Shown: positions 47,192 through 58,038, counted from the first letter of the stretch. The stretch is DNA of 64,000 bases from Deinococcus sp. (GCA_965261005.1 OZ253375.1:2208001-2272000), one strand, 5' to 3'. A program made the numbers and translations. Notes: a model not told the origin generated them from the sequence alone.

Positions 47192-47995
47192 TTAGCCTTG
47201 CTCCCTCCCCCCTTGCGGGGGAGGGCCGGGGTGGGGGGTATCGTTCTGCCCCTCCAGCTTCTCGGCCAGCTTTTCCGGCTCGAAGATGCTGGCCCCGGCG
47301 CCGTAGCGGGCGGTCACGGCGCGCTGGACCAGCCAGGCGGCGAGGCCGAAGCCGGCCAGGAACAGCGCGATGGACGGAATGCGCATGACGGCGTTCGCCT
47401 GGGCAACCTGCGCGTTGAAGTCGGGCGTGCCGAACTTGGCGGTCACGATCCGCAGGTTGACGCCGTAGTTAACGATCCCCGCCGCGACCTCCATTGCCGC
47501 GAAAATCAGCGTGCCGGTGTTCAGGGACTTGAAGACGCTCGGCTGCGCCAGGGCGACCCCCAGCGCCGCGCGCTCCCTGGGCTTCGCCGTCAGGGTCGAG
47601 GCGTCGAGGAAGATGCGGAAGAGGGGATAGCGAAAGCCGACCGACACCAGGGCCAGCCCCGCGATCAGAAAGCGCAGTAGCGAATCCTTCAAGGCGTACA
47701 GCGCGCCGTCCACGTACCAAAAGGCCAGCGCCCCCGTCACCAGGGCGGTCGCCCCCGCGAAGATGGCGATGGGGCTGACCCGGCGGCGCACCAGCAAATC
47801 AAAGGCGGTGTAGATCACCGGCACCAAGGCCGCCGCCAGGTAGGCGCGCACCGTGCCGCCCAGCACGTCCGCAAAGGCGAAGCCCGAGCCGAGCAAGTTG
47901 GGGCTGAGAATCGAGATGGGGATGATCAGGGTGAACAGGAGGTCCCAGAGGAGCTTGCGCCCGCCCGAGTCGCGCCGGGGTTCTGCGGTGGTCAC
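47192..47995 (-). CDS. VC0807-family-like membrane protein
   Basis: LFTLIIP..IL, about 6 TM helices, KFGT.DFN.QVA motif. Confidence 0.65.
   Translation of the reverse strand: MTTAEPRRDSGGRKLLWDLLFTLIIPISILSPNLLGSGFAFADVLGGTVRAYLAAALVPVIYTAFDLLVRRRVSPIAIFAGATALVTGALAFWYVDGALYALKDSLLRFLIAGLALVSVGFRYPLFRIFLDASTLTAKPRERAALGVALAQPSVFKSLNTGTLIFAAMEVAAGIVNYGVNLRIVTAKFGTPDFNAQVAQANAVMRIPSIALFLAGFGLAAWLVQRAVTARYGAGASIFEPEKLAEKLEGQNDTPHPGPPPQGGREQG
47201..47240 (-). repeat. REP-like GCAA-loop hairpin repeat (copy 3, inside a CDS 3' end)
   Basis: Minus strand ccccccaccccggccctccccc-GCAA-ggggggagggag, read as TPHPGPPPQGGRE. Confidence 0.65.
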
Positions 47996-48102
47996 GCCGT
48001 TATTGTGACGCACCAAGGTGAGCCGGCACAAATACTTTTTGGTGAGCGGCGCCCGGTTTCCGCCGTCCCAAGGCTGCTACACTCCCATGTTTGGAGGCGA
48101 GC

Positions 48103-49539
<1,437 letters not shown>

Positions 49540-49584
49540 CTGTTAAGCTCCCTTTGACTGGGGACATGTGTGATTGGGGGACAT

Positions 49585-49968
49585 GTGCTGCAAGGCTTTC
49601 GCAACTTCATTCTGCGCGGAAACGTGGTGGATTTGGCGGTCGGTGTGGTGATCGGGGCCGCCTTCAGCAACCTGGTCACCGCCTTCACCAACGCCTTTAT
49701 CAACCCGCTGGTGAAGCTGGCGACCGGCGGGGGCACCAAGGTGGGCGGCGAATTCAGCGTGAACGGGGTGGTCTTTCCCTACGGCGACCTGATCAGCGCC
49801 GCGCTCAACTTTTTCCTGACCGCGGCGGTGGTCTACTTTTTGGTGGTGGTGCCGCTCAACGTCCTCAACGAGCGCTTCAAAAGCGAGGACAAGCCCAAGG
49901 AGCAGGAACCCAGCAACACCGAGAAGCTGCTGGCCGAGATTCGCGACGAGCTGAAGGCGGGCGCGTAG
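49585..49968 (+). CDS. mscL: Large-conductance mechanosensitive channel
   Basis: FRNFILRGNVVDLAVGVVIGAAF...LLAEIRDEL. Confidence 0.96.
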   Translation: MLQGFRNFILRGNVVDLAVGVVIGAAFSNLVTAFTNAFINPLVKLATGGGTKVGGEFSVNGVVFPYGDLISAALNFFLTAAVVYFLVVVPLNVLNERFKSEDKPKEQEPSNTEKLLAEIRDELKAGA

Positions 49969-50078
49969 GGTCAGGGCATGCAGGCTTCGGGCACGCGGGG
50001 TTGAGGTGTCTTTAAGCGGCTGCCCACAATGTGACCGGCTGTAAATTTTTCTGACCCCGGCTTTGGCATCTTGCGGCC

Positions 50079-51317
50079 ATGCACAAATCAGCCAAGCTGT
50101 TGGCCCTCGGAGCCGCCCTGGCGCTGGGACTGGGCGCCGCACAACAAGCGCCCACGCCGCGCCCCATTCCCCCCGCCGAGCCGCCCGTCAGCACGACCGT
50201 CACGCGCCTGGAGCCGGCGCCGATGGCCTTTAGCCCCGACAAGCTCGCCCGCCTGAAGGTGCCCGCCGGCTTTCAGCTCAAGGTGATGGCGACCGGGCTG
50301 GGCAACGCCCGCAGCTTGCTGGTGATGCCGAACGGCGGCATCTACCTCAGCCGCATGAAGCAGGGCGACCTGTGGTACCTGAGGGACGCCAACGGCGACG
50401 GCCAGATAGGGGCGGCCGAGCGGCGCCAGGTGGCGCAGAACCTCGGCACGCCGCACGGCATGTCGGTGCGCTGGGGCAAGCTGTACGTGGCGGGCCAAAA
50501 GAACATCTGGGTGATGGACATGGCTGGGGATGGCGACCTGAGCGTGCCGCGCGTGTTCGCCAGCGGCTTTCCCGACGCCGGGCAGCACAGCGCGCGCGGC
50601 ATCGGGTGGGGACCGGACGGCTACCTGTACGCCTCCTTTGGCAGCCCCGACAACGACTCGCCCACCCCCAACCCCGAGGACGCCAGCATGCTGCGCCTGA
50701 GTCCCGACGGCCAGAGCCGCGAGGTGTACGCGGATGGCCTGCGCCACACCATCGGCTTCGGCTGGCACCCGGTCACGAAGGTGCTGTACGGCTTTGATCA
50801 GGGCAGCGATTGGCACGGCGACAACATCCCGCCCGAAGAACTCAACGTCATCGAGCGCGGCAAGAACTACGGCTGGCCCTTTTGCTACGGCGACCGCCAG
50901 CCCGACCCCTACGTAAACGTCTCGGGCGTGCCCGGCCAAATCAGCAAGGCCGAGTACTGCGCGCGCACCCAGGGCAACGTGCTGAGCAACACCGCCCACT
51001 CGGCGGCCATTGACCTGGCCTTTTACACCGGCGACCAGTTTCCCGCCCAATTTAAAAACAGCGCCTTTGAGGCATTCCGGGGATCGTGGAACCGCAGCGA
51101 GCCGAGCGGCTACTACATCGGCCACGTCGAGTTTGGCGCGGACAACAAGCCGGTGGCCATCACGCCCTTTGTGAGCGGCTTCGTGTATCAGGAGGGCGGC
51201 CAGTGGAAGCAGTTCGGCCGGGTGGCGGGCGTGGCCCAGTACACCGACGGCTCGCTGCTGTTCACCGACGACCAAAGCGGCGTGCTGTACCGCGTGCTGT
51301 ACACGGGCGGCTCGTGA
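50079..51317 (+). CDS. Secreted PQQ-dependent sugar/sorbosone dehydrogenase family protein
   Basis: Signal peptide, L.VPAGF, GLRHTIG, PPEELN...G.NYGWP, FRGSWNR, DGSLL.TDD. Confidence 0.87.
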   Translation: MHKSAKLLALGAALALGLGAAQQAPTPRPIPPAEPPVSTTVTRLEPAPMAFSPDKLARLKVPAGFQLKVMATGLGNARSLLVMPNGGIYLSRMKQGDLWYLRDANGDGQIGAAERRQVAQNLGTPHGMSVRWGKLYVAGQKNIWVMDMAGDGDLSVPRVFASGFPDAGQHSARGIGWGPDGYLYASFGSPDNDSPTPNPEDASMLRLSPDGQSREVYADGLRHTIGFGWHPVTKVLYGFDQGSDWHGDNIPPEELNVIERGKNYGWPFCYGDRQPDPYVNVSGVPGQISKAEYCARTQGNVLSNTAHSAAIDLAFYTGDQFPAQFKNSAFEAFRGSWNRSEPSGYYIGHVEFGADNKPVAITPFVSGFVYQEGGQWKQFGRVAGVAQYTDGSLLFTDDQSGVLYRVLYTGGS

Positions 51318-52714
51318 GGCGCCTGCTGCTGGGCGCCCTGCTGCTGAGCTTTGCCGGCGCCGGCGCGCAGACACCGGCGCTTTCAGCCACGGCCACCCTG
51401 CGTGACTCCAGCGGGCAGGTGCTGGGAACGGCCAAGCTGACCCAACTCGGCGCCCGGGTCGGCCAGGGGGTGCGGGTGGACCTGAGCGTGCGCGGCCTGG
51501 CGCCCAGCGGCCACGGCCTGCACGTCCACGAGCACGGCGACTGCGCCCCCGGCGTGGACCCCTTGGAAAACCAGGTCGTGCCGTTCGGCGCGGCCGGCGG
51601 CCACTTCGACCCCGGCATGAGCGACAACCACGCCGGCCCAGAGGTGGGCGACAAGCTCGGCCACGCCGGCGATTTGCCCATGCTCACGGTCGGCGCGGAC
51701 GGCGCGGGCCAGGCCAGCTTCGTGACCCAAAAGATCAGCCTGAGCGGCGAGGACGGCGTCCTCGGCCGCGCGCTGATGATCCACGCCGACCCGGACGACT
51801 ACACAAGCGATCCCGGCGGCGACAGCGGCGAGCGCGTGGGCTGCGGCGTGATCGCGCGACCCGGCCTGAACACGCGCGACTACGCCCTGCCCGGCGCCCA
51901 GACCTACCCCGAGGGTGTGGCCTACGACGCGGCCCGGAAGGTGCTGTTCACCGGCAGCGCGGCCACCGGCGACATCTACGCCGTGAACGCCGCGAGCGGC
52001 GCGGTCAGCCTGTTTTCCAAAGGGGGCGCGCAGGGACGCGCGACGGCGCTGGGCCTTTTGGTGGACCCAGTTGGCCGGCTGTGGGTGGCGGGCGGCGCCT
52101 CGGGCACGCTCAGCGTGCTGTCAAGGGACGGCGCGCCGGTGGCCACGCTCAAGACCCCCGCCAGCCCCCGGCCCTACCTCAACGCCCTGACCCTGGCCGG
52201 CGGCGCCGTGTACGTGACCGACTCGACCCGGCCGGTGCTGTGGCGTGCGCGCGGCGCGAACCCGGAGACCGGCGACCTGGAGCCGTGGCTCGACCTGACG
52301 AAAACCCCCATCCGGTACGGCCCCGGCCTGAACCTGAACGGCATCGTGTCCACGCCGGCCGGCCGGTACCTGCTGAGCGTGCAGTCGAACACCGGGGATT
52401 TGTGGCGCATTGACACCCGCAGCAAGGCGGTGAGCAAGGTGATGGGCGGCCTGAACAACGGCGACGGTGTGCTGCTGGACGGCCGCACGCTGTACGCGGT
52501 TCGCAACGCGGACGGGGTGATCGCCAAGGTGCGCCTGAGTGACGACTTCGCGCGCGGCCAGCTGGTCGCCGAGGAGCCGCTGAACGGCCTGCGCTTCCCG
52601 ACGACGCTGGCCGCTCTGGAGGGCGACTTGGTGATCACCCAGGGCCAACTGAACCAACTTCAGGGCGGCACGCCCGAGACCCCCTTCAAGCTGACCCGCT
52701 TCAAGAAGTTCTAG
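51314..52714 (+). CDS. sodC: Secreted Cu/Zn superoxide dismutase fused to a beta-propeller domain
   Basis: HGLHVH, GGHFDP, HAGDLP, IHADPD, RVGCG; then YPEGVA, NGDG propeller blades. Confidence 0.9.
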   Translation: MRRLLLGALLLSFAGAGAQTPALSATATLRDSSGQVLGTAKLTQLGARVGQGVRVDLSVRGLAPSGHGLHVHEHGDCAPGVDPLENQVVPFGAAGGHFDPGMSDNHAGPEVGDKLGHAGDLPMLTVGADGAGQASFVTQKISLSGEDGVLGRALMIHADPDDYTSDPGGDSGERVGCGVIARPGLNTRDYALPGAQTYPEGVAYDAARKVLFTGSAATGDIYAVNAASGAVSLFSKGGAQGRATALGLLVDPVGRLWVAGGASGTLSVLSRDGAPVATLKTPASPRPYLNALTLAGGAVYVTDSTRPVLWRARGANPETGDLEPWLDLTKTPIRYGPGLNLNGIVSTPAGRYLLSVQSNTGDLWRIDTRSKAVSKVMGGLNNGDGVLLDGRTLYAVRNADGVIAKVRLSDDFARGQLVAEEPLNGLRFPTTLAALEGDLVITQGQLNQLQGGTPETPFKLTRFKKF

Positions 52715-52733
52715 GCGTGTGGCGGACGGGGGC

Positions 52734-52762
52734 ATAGGGGAGGGTTTCAAACCCTCCCCTAC
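52734..52762. repeat. GTAG-type REP palindrome (copy 2)
   Basis: ATAGGGGAGGGTTT-C-AAACCCTCCCCTAC; 27/29 identical to the copy at 29253. Confidence 0.8.
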
Positions 52763-52894
52763 CAGATCGGCGGGCGGGCGAACCTCAAGGCTGGCTTGAC
52801 GCTGCGTGACGCGCCTTTAGGGCGGCTCACATGGCGAGACGGTGGGCGGCTGCTCAGATGTGGTGGGTTCTTTTCCATTCTTACGGAGGCAGAT

Positions 52895-54079
52895 ATGCGC
52901 AAGTTGATTCCCCTACTTCTCGGCCTTTCCCTCGGCGCTTCCACTCAACAAGCTCAGGCCCAGTCGGGCGTGCCCGTCAGCAAGACCTTGCCGCGCGTGC
53001 CGGTGATCGGTCAGCTCGAAGAGGTTCACCGCTTTTACGACCAGATGCCGGTAGGGGTCGCCATCTCCAGTACGGGGCGCACCTTCGTGTCCTACCCGCG
53101 CTGGAGCGACGTGGTGAACTTCACCCTCGGCGAGATCGTGAATGGGAAGGAGGTGCCGTACCCGGGCCGCGACCTCAACCGCTACGGCCCCGGCAAGGGC
53201 ATTGACCCGGCGGCCCACTTCGTTTCGATGCAGGGGATGGTCGTGGACGCGCGCGACCGGCTGTGGGTGCTGGACAGCGGCACCATCAACCTCGGCAAGG
53301 TGATCGGCCCCGGCGCGGCCAAGCTGGTGGGCATTGACCTGAAGACGAATCAGGTCTTCAAGACCATCACCTTTCCCGCCGACGTGGTGCTGCCGAACAC
53401 CTACATGAACGATCTGCGGGTGGACTTGTCGCGCGGTCAGGGGGGCGCCGCCTACATCACCGACTCGGGGGAAAAGAGTCCCAACGGCATCATCGTGGTG
53501 GACCTGGCGACGGGGGAGAGCTGGCGGCGCCTCAGCGGCGACCAGAGCGTCAAGGCCGAGGACAAGTTCGTCGCCATCGTGGAGGGCAAGGCCTACCTGA
53601 ACCGGCCGAAGGGCGGCCCGGCCACCTACAACAAGACCGGCTCGGACGGCGTCGCCATCAGCCCGGACGGGAAGCGGCTGTACTACACGCCCAACGCCGG
53701 CCACTACCTGTACTCGGTGTCGGCGGACGCGCTGTGGGACCGGGGCGTGACGGCCGACGCGGTAGCCGCCACCGTCAAGAACCTCGGCCAAAAGGGCGTG
53801 AACGACGGCCTCGGTGAGGACACCCAGAACCGCGTCTACGTCACCGACTACGGCTCCAACGCCATCACGCGCCGCCTGCCGACGAATGAGATCGAGACCG
53901 TTGTGCGCGACCCCCGCTTGCTGTGGCCGGACACCCTCTGGATTCACGGCGGCTACCTGTACATCACGTCCAACCAGCTCAACCGCCAGCCCGGCCACCA
54001 CTACGGCAACGACCGGCGGGTCAAGCCCTACAGCCTGTTCCGGGTCAAGGTAGACGCGCAACCGGTGTTGCTCAAGTAA
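52895..54079 (+). CDS. Major royal jelly/Yellow-family secreted protein
   Basis: Signal peptide, FVSYPRW, RLWVLDSG, NDLRVD, AYITDSG, DGVAIS.DG, LLWPDT. Confidence 0.9.
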   Translation: MRKLIPLLLGLSLGASTQQAQAQSGVPVSKTLPRVPVIGQLEEVHRFYDQMPVGVAISSTGRTFVSYPRWSDVVNFTLGEIVNGKEVPYPGRDLNRYGPGKGIDPAAHFVSMQGMVVDARDRLWVLDSGTINLGKVIGPGAAKLVGIDLKTNQVFKTITFPADVVLPNTYMNDLRVDLSRGQGGAAYITDSGEKSPNGIIVVDLATGESWRRLSGDQSVKAEDKFVAIVEGKAYLNRPKGGPATYNKTGSDGVAISPDGKRLYYTPNAGHYLYSVSADALWDRGVTADAVAATVKNLGQKGVNDGLGEDTQNRVYVTDYGSNAITRRLPTNEIETVVRDPRLLWPDTLWIHGGYLYITSNQLNRQPGHHYGNDRRVKPYSLFRVKVDAQPVLLK

Positions 54080-54371
54080 GCCAGCTTCTCAGCAGCCAAA
54101 AGGCGGCCATGCCAACCAGCAGCCCCAGCCACAACTGCCTGCTGCGCCAGATCAGCAGGGCGGCCAGGACGGCGGCGAGGACACGCGGCACCCCCTCGCT
54201 GCCCGTGCCTGCCAGCGCGGGGGCGATCAGCGCCGCGAAGACGCTGACCGGCACGAAGCGCAAAAAGGCCAGCCAAAAGGGCGGCAACTTCAGCGCGGTC
54301 AGGCGCAGACCCACGTAGCGCGTCGCGTAGGTGATGGCCGCCATGCCGAGGATGATGAAGGTGTCGCTCAT
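54072..54371 (-). CDS. azlD: Branched-chain amino acid exporter small subunit
   Basis: ILGMAAITYATR, FVP.SVFAALI. Confidence 0.82.
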   Translation of the reverse strand: MSDTFIILGMAAITYATRYVGLRLTALKLPPFWLAFLRFVPVSVFAALIAPALAGTGSEGVPRVLAAVLAALLIWRSRQLWLGLLVGMAAFWLLRSWLT

Positions 54372-55024
54372 GGCTTACCCGCGCTGAGCCAGGCTCCCAG
54401 CAGCGCCCCGCCCACGCCGACGCTCAGCGTGACCAGCCCGCCGGGCAGAACGCGCGCCAGCCCCCAGGCCGCCGCGCCCGAGAGCAGCGCCACCAGCAGC
54501 TCCGTTCGCCCTCTGAGCAGCGGGATCAGCAGGCCCAGAAAGGCGAGCGGAAACACGAAGTCCACACCCAGCTTGGCGGGATCGGGCAGGACGCCCCCGA
54601 GCAGCGCGCCCAGCAGCGTGAAGGTGTTCCATACCAGGAACAGGCTCAGCTCGGCGCCCAGCACAAAGGCGAAGCTGCGCGTTCCCGCGCCGGCCGCGAC
54701 GCCGTAAGCCTCGTCGGTCAGGAAGTGCGCCGCCACGATTCTTTGCCAGGGCGTCATCGGCACCGCCCGCCCTAGGGACAGGCCGTAGAGCACATGGCGC
54801 GTGTTCAGCAGCAGCGTCGTGAACCAGATGCCGGGGGCGCCCGCACTGAGCGCGAACAGGCCCGCCGCCGAGAACTGTGCGCTGCCCGCGAAGACCAGCA
54901 GGCTCATCAGCTGGGTGTCGAGCGCGCTCAGGCCGCCCGCGCGGGCCGTCACGGCGTAGGCTACCGCGAAGGGCGCCACGCCCAGCCAAAGGGGAAGAAT
55001 TGCCGAAAAGCCGCGCCAGAACAT
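54368..55024 (-). CDS. azlC: Branched-chain amino acid exporter AzlC
   Basis: MSLLVFAGSAQF, LNTRHVLYG, LTDEAY. Confidence 0.9.
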   Translation of the reverse strand: MFWRGFSAILPLWLGVAPFAVAYAVTARAGGLSALDTQLMSLLVFAGSAQFSAAGLFALSAGAPGIWFTTLLLNTRHVLYGLSLGRAVPMTPWQRIVAAHFLTDEAYGVAAGAGTRSFAFVLGAELSLFLVWNTFTLLGALLGGVLPDPAKLGVDFVFPLAFLGLLIPLLRGRTELLVALLSGAAAWGLARVLPGGLVTLSVGVGGALLGAWLSAGKP

Positions 55025-55118
55025 GAGGTCAGGTTACGGCGCCCGAGGGGCGAAGTCTTGAACAGGATTGCGCTAGATATAGACAAGCTCTTCCCGATTT
55101 TTGCGACAAGCGCCCCTT

Positions 55119-55580
55119 TTACAAGGCGAGCCTCGGGTCGAACAGGAATGGCTCGGCCTCGTGAACGCTCACCTGCGGCCAGTCCGGGTGAAGCGGGTTG
55201 AGCAGCACGTTGAACTGGCCGCGCATCACGACGCTCGGCACCCTCAGGGCAACGCTGATCCGCTCACCAAACCACGTGTCGCCGATGGCCGTGCTCGCCG
55301 CCCCCTCCTCGGGGGTGTTCCACCCTTCGGGCAGCGCGCTGGGGTCAAGGCTGCGGATGAGCGCGTCCGGCACCTCGGCGGCGATCACGCTGTAATGGTC
55401 GCGCAGCAGCTGGGCACGCTTCAAGTGGACGAGGAGTTCCAGCGCCGCCACGGCCGGATGCTCGCTGGCGTAGACCACGGCGTGGCCCGGCGTGTTCCAG
55501 CGTCCGCCGGCGCGCTTGCTGCCGACGCCATCAAAGGCGGTTTCGGCGTAGCGGGTCTTCGTCAGCCGGTAGACCCTCAG
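55119..55580 (-). CDS. RES-domain toxin (second copy; inferred CTG start)
   Basis: The frame extends upstream of the ORF-track start: LRVYRLTKTRY..AFDG.G....GGRWN.PG..VVYASE..A.LE...LRVPSV..NVLLNP.H. Confidence 0.85.
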   Translation of the reverse strand: MRVYRLTKTRYAETAFDGVGSKRAGGRWNTPGHAVVYASEHPAVAALELLVHLKRAQLLRDHYSVIAAEVPDALIRSLDPSALPEGWNTPEEGAASTAIGDTWFGERISVALRVPSVVMRGQFNVLLNPLHPDWPQVSVHEAEPFLFDPRLAL

Positions 55581-56029
55581 CTGTACACACCGTATTCAAG
55601 GCGTGTCAGCAGCGCCTCGACGCGCTGAGCGCCCGCCTCGTTGCGGGCGTACTCAAGCGGCGTGTGCCCATCCAAAGCGATGGCGGGGCTGGTCATCCAC
55701 TCGTCGGCCGCCTCGACACTTTCGAGCACGTCTGTGGCGCGTGTGTAGAGGGCGACCAAACGGTACAGACGGTCGCTTTCCGCCGGAGAAAGCCGTCCCT
55801 CGCTGCGGCGTCTGGTCAGGGTTCGCTCGCTCACCTTGAGAACCGTCCCAATCTCGGGGGCTGCGCCGGGGGCCAAGCTCAAGAAGGTTTCCAGCACGCC
55901 GATGCTCAGTCCCTGCTCAATGTGTTCGTAAGCGTGTTCGTGGTCGGCGTTCGGGCCGAAGACACGCTTCAGGAGTCCTTTGCTCAAGCCTGCCCGTACC
56001 TGCTCCTGTTTTGGGGTCCACATCGTCAT
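55577..56029 (-). CDS. Xre/MbcA/ParS-type antitoxin
   Basis: VSERTLTRRR..GRLSP.ESDRLYR, W...P..ALDG.TPLE....G...V..LL.RLEYGVYS. Confidence 0.9.
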   Translation of the reverse strand: MTMWTPKQEQVRAGLSKGLLKRVFGPNADHEHAYEHIEQGLSIGVLETFLSLAPGAAPEIGTVLKVSERTLTRRRSEGRLSPAESDRLYRLVALYTRATDVLESVEAADEWMTSPAIALDGHTPLEYARNEAGAQRVEALLTRLEYGVYS

Positions 56030-56085
56030 CGCGCTTCCTCCAAGCCATTTTGGCATTATATTCTACCACGCTGGCGGGGCCACGC

Positions 56086-56500
56086 TCAGATCACCCGCCT
56101 CGGCCCCGCGCTTTCCACCGTCTGCCCGCGCGACAAGCGCCGCTCCAGCGCCCGAATCACGCGCGTCAGGCTGAAGGTCAAGGCGAAGTAGATGGCGGCC
56201 GTGACCGCGAAGACCTCGAAGTAACGGTAGGTGGCGCCGTTGATCTGGCCGGCCTGCGCGAAGAGTTCTTGCAAGGTCACGACCGAGGCCAGGCTCGACC
56301 CCAGAATCAAACTGACGTACTCGTTGCCGAGGGCCGGCAGCACGACGCCAAAGGGGGTCCGCCCGAAGTACACCATGCTCAGCTGCACGATCAGCGGAAG
56401 GCCGCGAATAATTTCCACGTAGGCGTTGCCCAGCCGGCCCAAAACGGGTACGCGAAAAAAGCGCGTCAGGCCCAGCGGGGTGCCGCGCAGCAACAAGGGG
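56086..56500 (-). pseudogene. Polar amino-acid ABC permease remnant
   Basis: YVEIIRGLPLIVQL joined directly to LPALGNEYVSLI..SSLASVV; N-terminus and EAA loop missing. Confidence 0.7.
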
Positions 56501-56638
56501 GCCGGTCGCCCGACAAGACCGTGCCAAAGCCGGTCAGCAAATCGGAAAGGGTGCTCACGTTCCGCCCCGCCCCACCCATTCGCTGTTCGCCACAACGCCT
56601 CCCGTCACGCCGATTAAGCGCAAGTGTAGCGGGGCCGT

Positions 56639-57865
56639 TTATAGTTCCTCCTCCACCCTCTTTTCACCTCCCGCCCCGCGCAGCAGCGGCAGGGCCGGCA
56701 GGCGCACCAGCGCGGCCAGGGCCAGCGCCGCCCGCACGCCCAGCGCGCCACCCAAGAGGCCGAAGACCGGCCCGAACGTCACCTGTCCCAGCGCGTCCGC
56801 CTGCGAAGCGAGGCTGTTGACGGTGGCCCGCGAGCGCGCCGTAAGCCCCCGGTTGAGCCAAGCGTCGTACAGCGGCGCGTAGAGGCCGCGCAGCATGCCG
56901 TGTAGCACCAGGGCCGCCGCTGCCCAGCCGAAGTTCGGCGCAAACGCAAAGGTCAGCAGCGCGGCCACGCTGAGGGCCAGCACCAGCCGCAGGGCCAGGG
57001 CGACCGAGCGCCCATCGGCCGGGTTGACGCGGCGGCGCAGCGGCTCGGTCACGGCCAGGCCCGCGAATTGGGTCGCCAGCGCCAGCAGGATGAACCAGTT
57101 GGCCGCGCTCAGGGCGCCGGGCAGGCCGACCTGCTTGACCAGCAAAAACTCATTCAAACGGTCCACCGCCTCGCTGCTCGCGCCGTACAGCACGGCGCTC
57201 AGCAGCAGCAGGGTGAGGACGCGGCTGGCCCGCACCTCGCGCACGCCCTGCCGCAAGGTGTCCCCCAGGGCGGCCCAGGTCTGCCGCTCGGCGCTCGGAA
57301 CGGGGGCGAAGCCCTGCTCCGGCATGCGCAGGGCCAGGTAGGCGCCGAGGGCGAGAACCGCCGCGCCGCCCGCCAGAATCGGCACGCCCAGGCCAAAGGG
57401 GGCCAGCGCCGCCGCCCCGAGGATGCCGGCGATGCCCGCCGCCCGCCCGTACTGGCTGCCCAACAGGTACAGGTGGGCGGCCCGCGCCTCGCCCACCTCG
57501 TCGGCCAGCCAAGCCTGCTGCGCGCCGCTGAGCAGCGTGTAGCCGGCAGCGAACACGATTTGGGTCAGCAGCAGCGCCCAGAACACCGGAAAAGCCGCCA
57601 CCGACCCCATCGCCAGGCCCAAGCACAGGCAGCCCAGAATCACCGAGCGGCGGCGCGAGTACACGTCGGCCACGACGCCGGTCGGCACCTCCAGCACAAA
57701 GGCGGCGCCCTCCAGGGCCGCGCCGATCAGCAGCAGTTGCAACGGCCCCAGGCCCGCCACCACCACGAAATACAGCCCTTGCAGCGTAAAGGCTAGGGCA
57801 AAGGCCAGGGACAGCCCGGCCGACAGCGCAAGGTAAACCTGCGCGGGGTCCTTTGATTTCAACAT
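56639..57865 (-). CDS. MFS efflux transporter, TetA(P)/Tet(40)-like
   Basis: L.PLQL.LIG..LE...F..EVPTGVVADVYSRR.S, SGA..AWLADE, RATVNS motifs. Confidence 0.8.
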   Translation of the reverse strand: MLKSKDPAQVYLALSAGLSLAFALAFTLQGLYFVVVAGLGPLQLLLIGAALEGAAFVLEVPTGVVADVYSRRRSVILGCLCLGLAMGSVAAFPVFWALLLTQIVFAAGYTLLSGAQQAWLADEVGEARAAHLYLLGSQYGRAAGIAGILGAAALAPFGLGVPILAGGAAVLALGAYLALRMPEQGFAPVPSAERQTWAALGDTLRQGVREVRASRVLTLLLLSAVLYGASSEAVDRLNEFLLVKQVGLPGALSAANWFILLALATQFAGLAVTEPLRRRVNPADGRSVALALRLVLALSVAALLTFAFAPNFGWAAAALVLHGMLRGLYAPLYDAWLNRGLTARSRATVNSLASQADALGQVTFGPVFGLLGGALGVRAALALAALVRLPALPLLRGAGGEKRVEEEL

Positions 57866-57870
57866 GGGTT

Positions 57871-58006
57871 CCTCGGGATGACACAGCTCAGCAATTCAAC
57901 GAATCGGCTGCGCCACCTGAGGAAGGGGCGCCGCTTCTTGACGGAGAAGGTCAGAGGGCTGTTGACATTGTTGGTTCACCCCGAGGTCGAGGTTGGGTAC
58001 AGCATA
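57871..58006 (-). promoter_or_regulatory. 5' leader with uORF MSTAL* (57968-57951) and an RBS-sequestering helix
   Basis: TATGCT -10 at 58006-58001; CCUCGGGGUGA (57986-57976) is complementary to UCAUCCCGAGG (57881-57871). Confidence 0.6.
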
Positions 58007-58038
58007 CGGCAAAGGTGAGGGGCGCCGCACTTCCCCAC

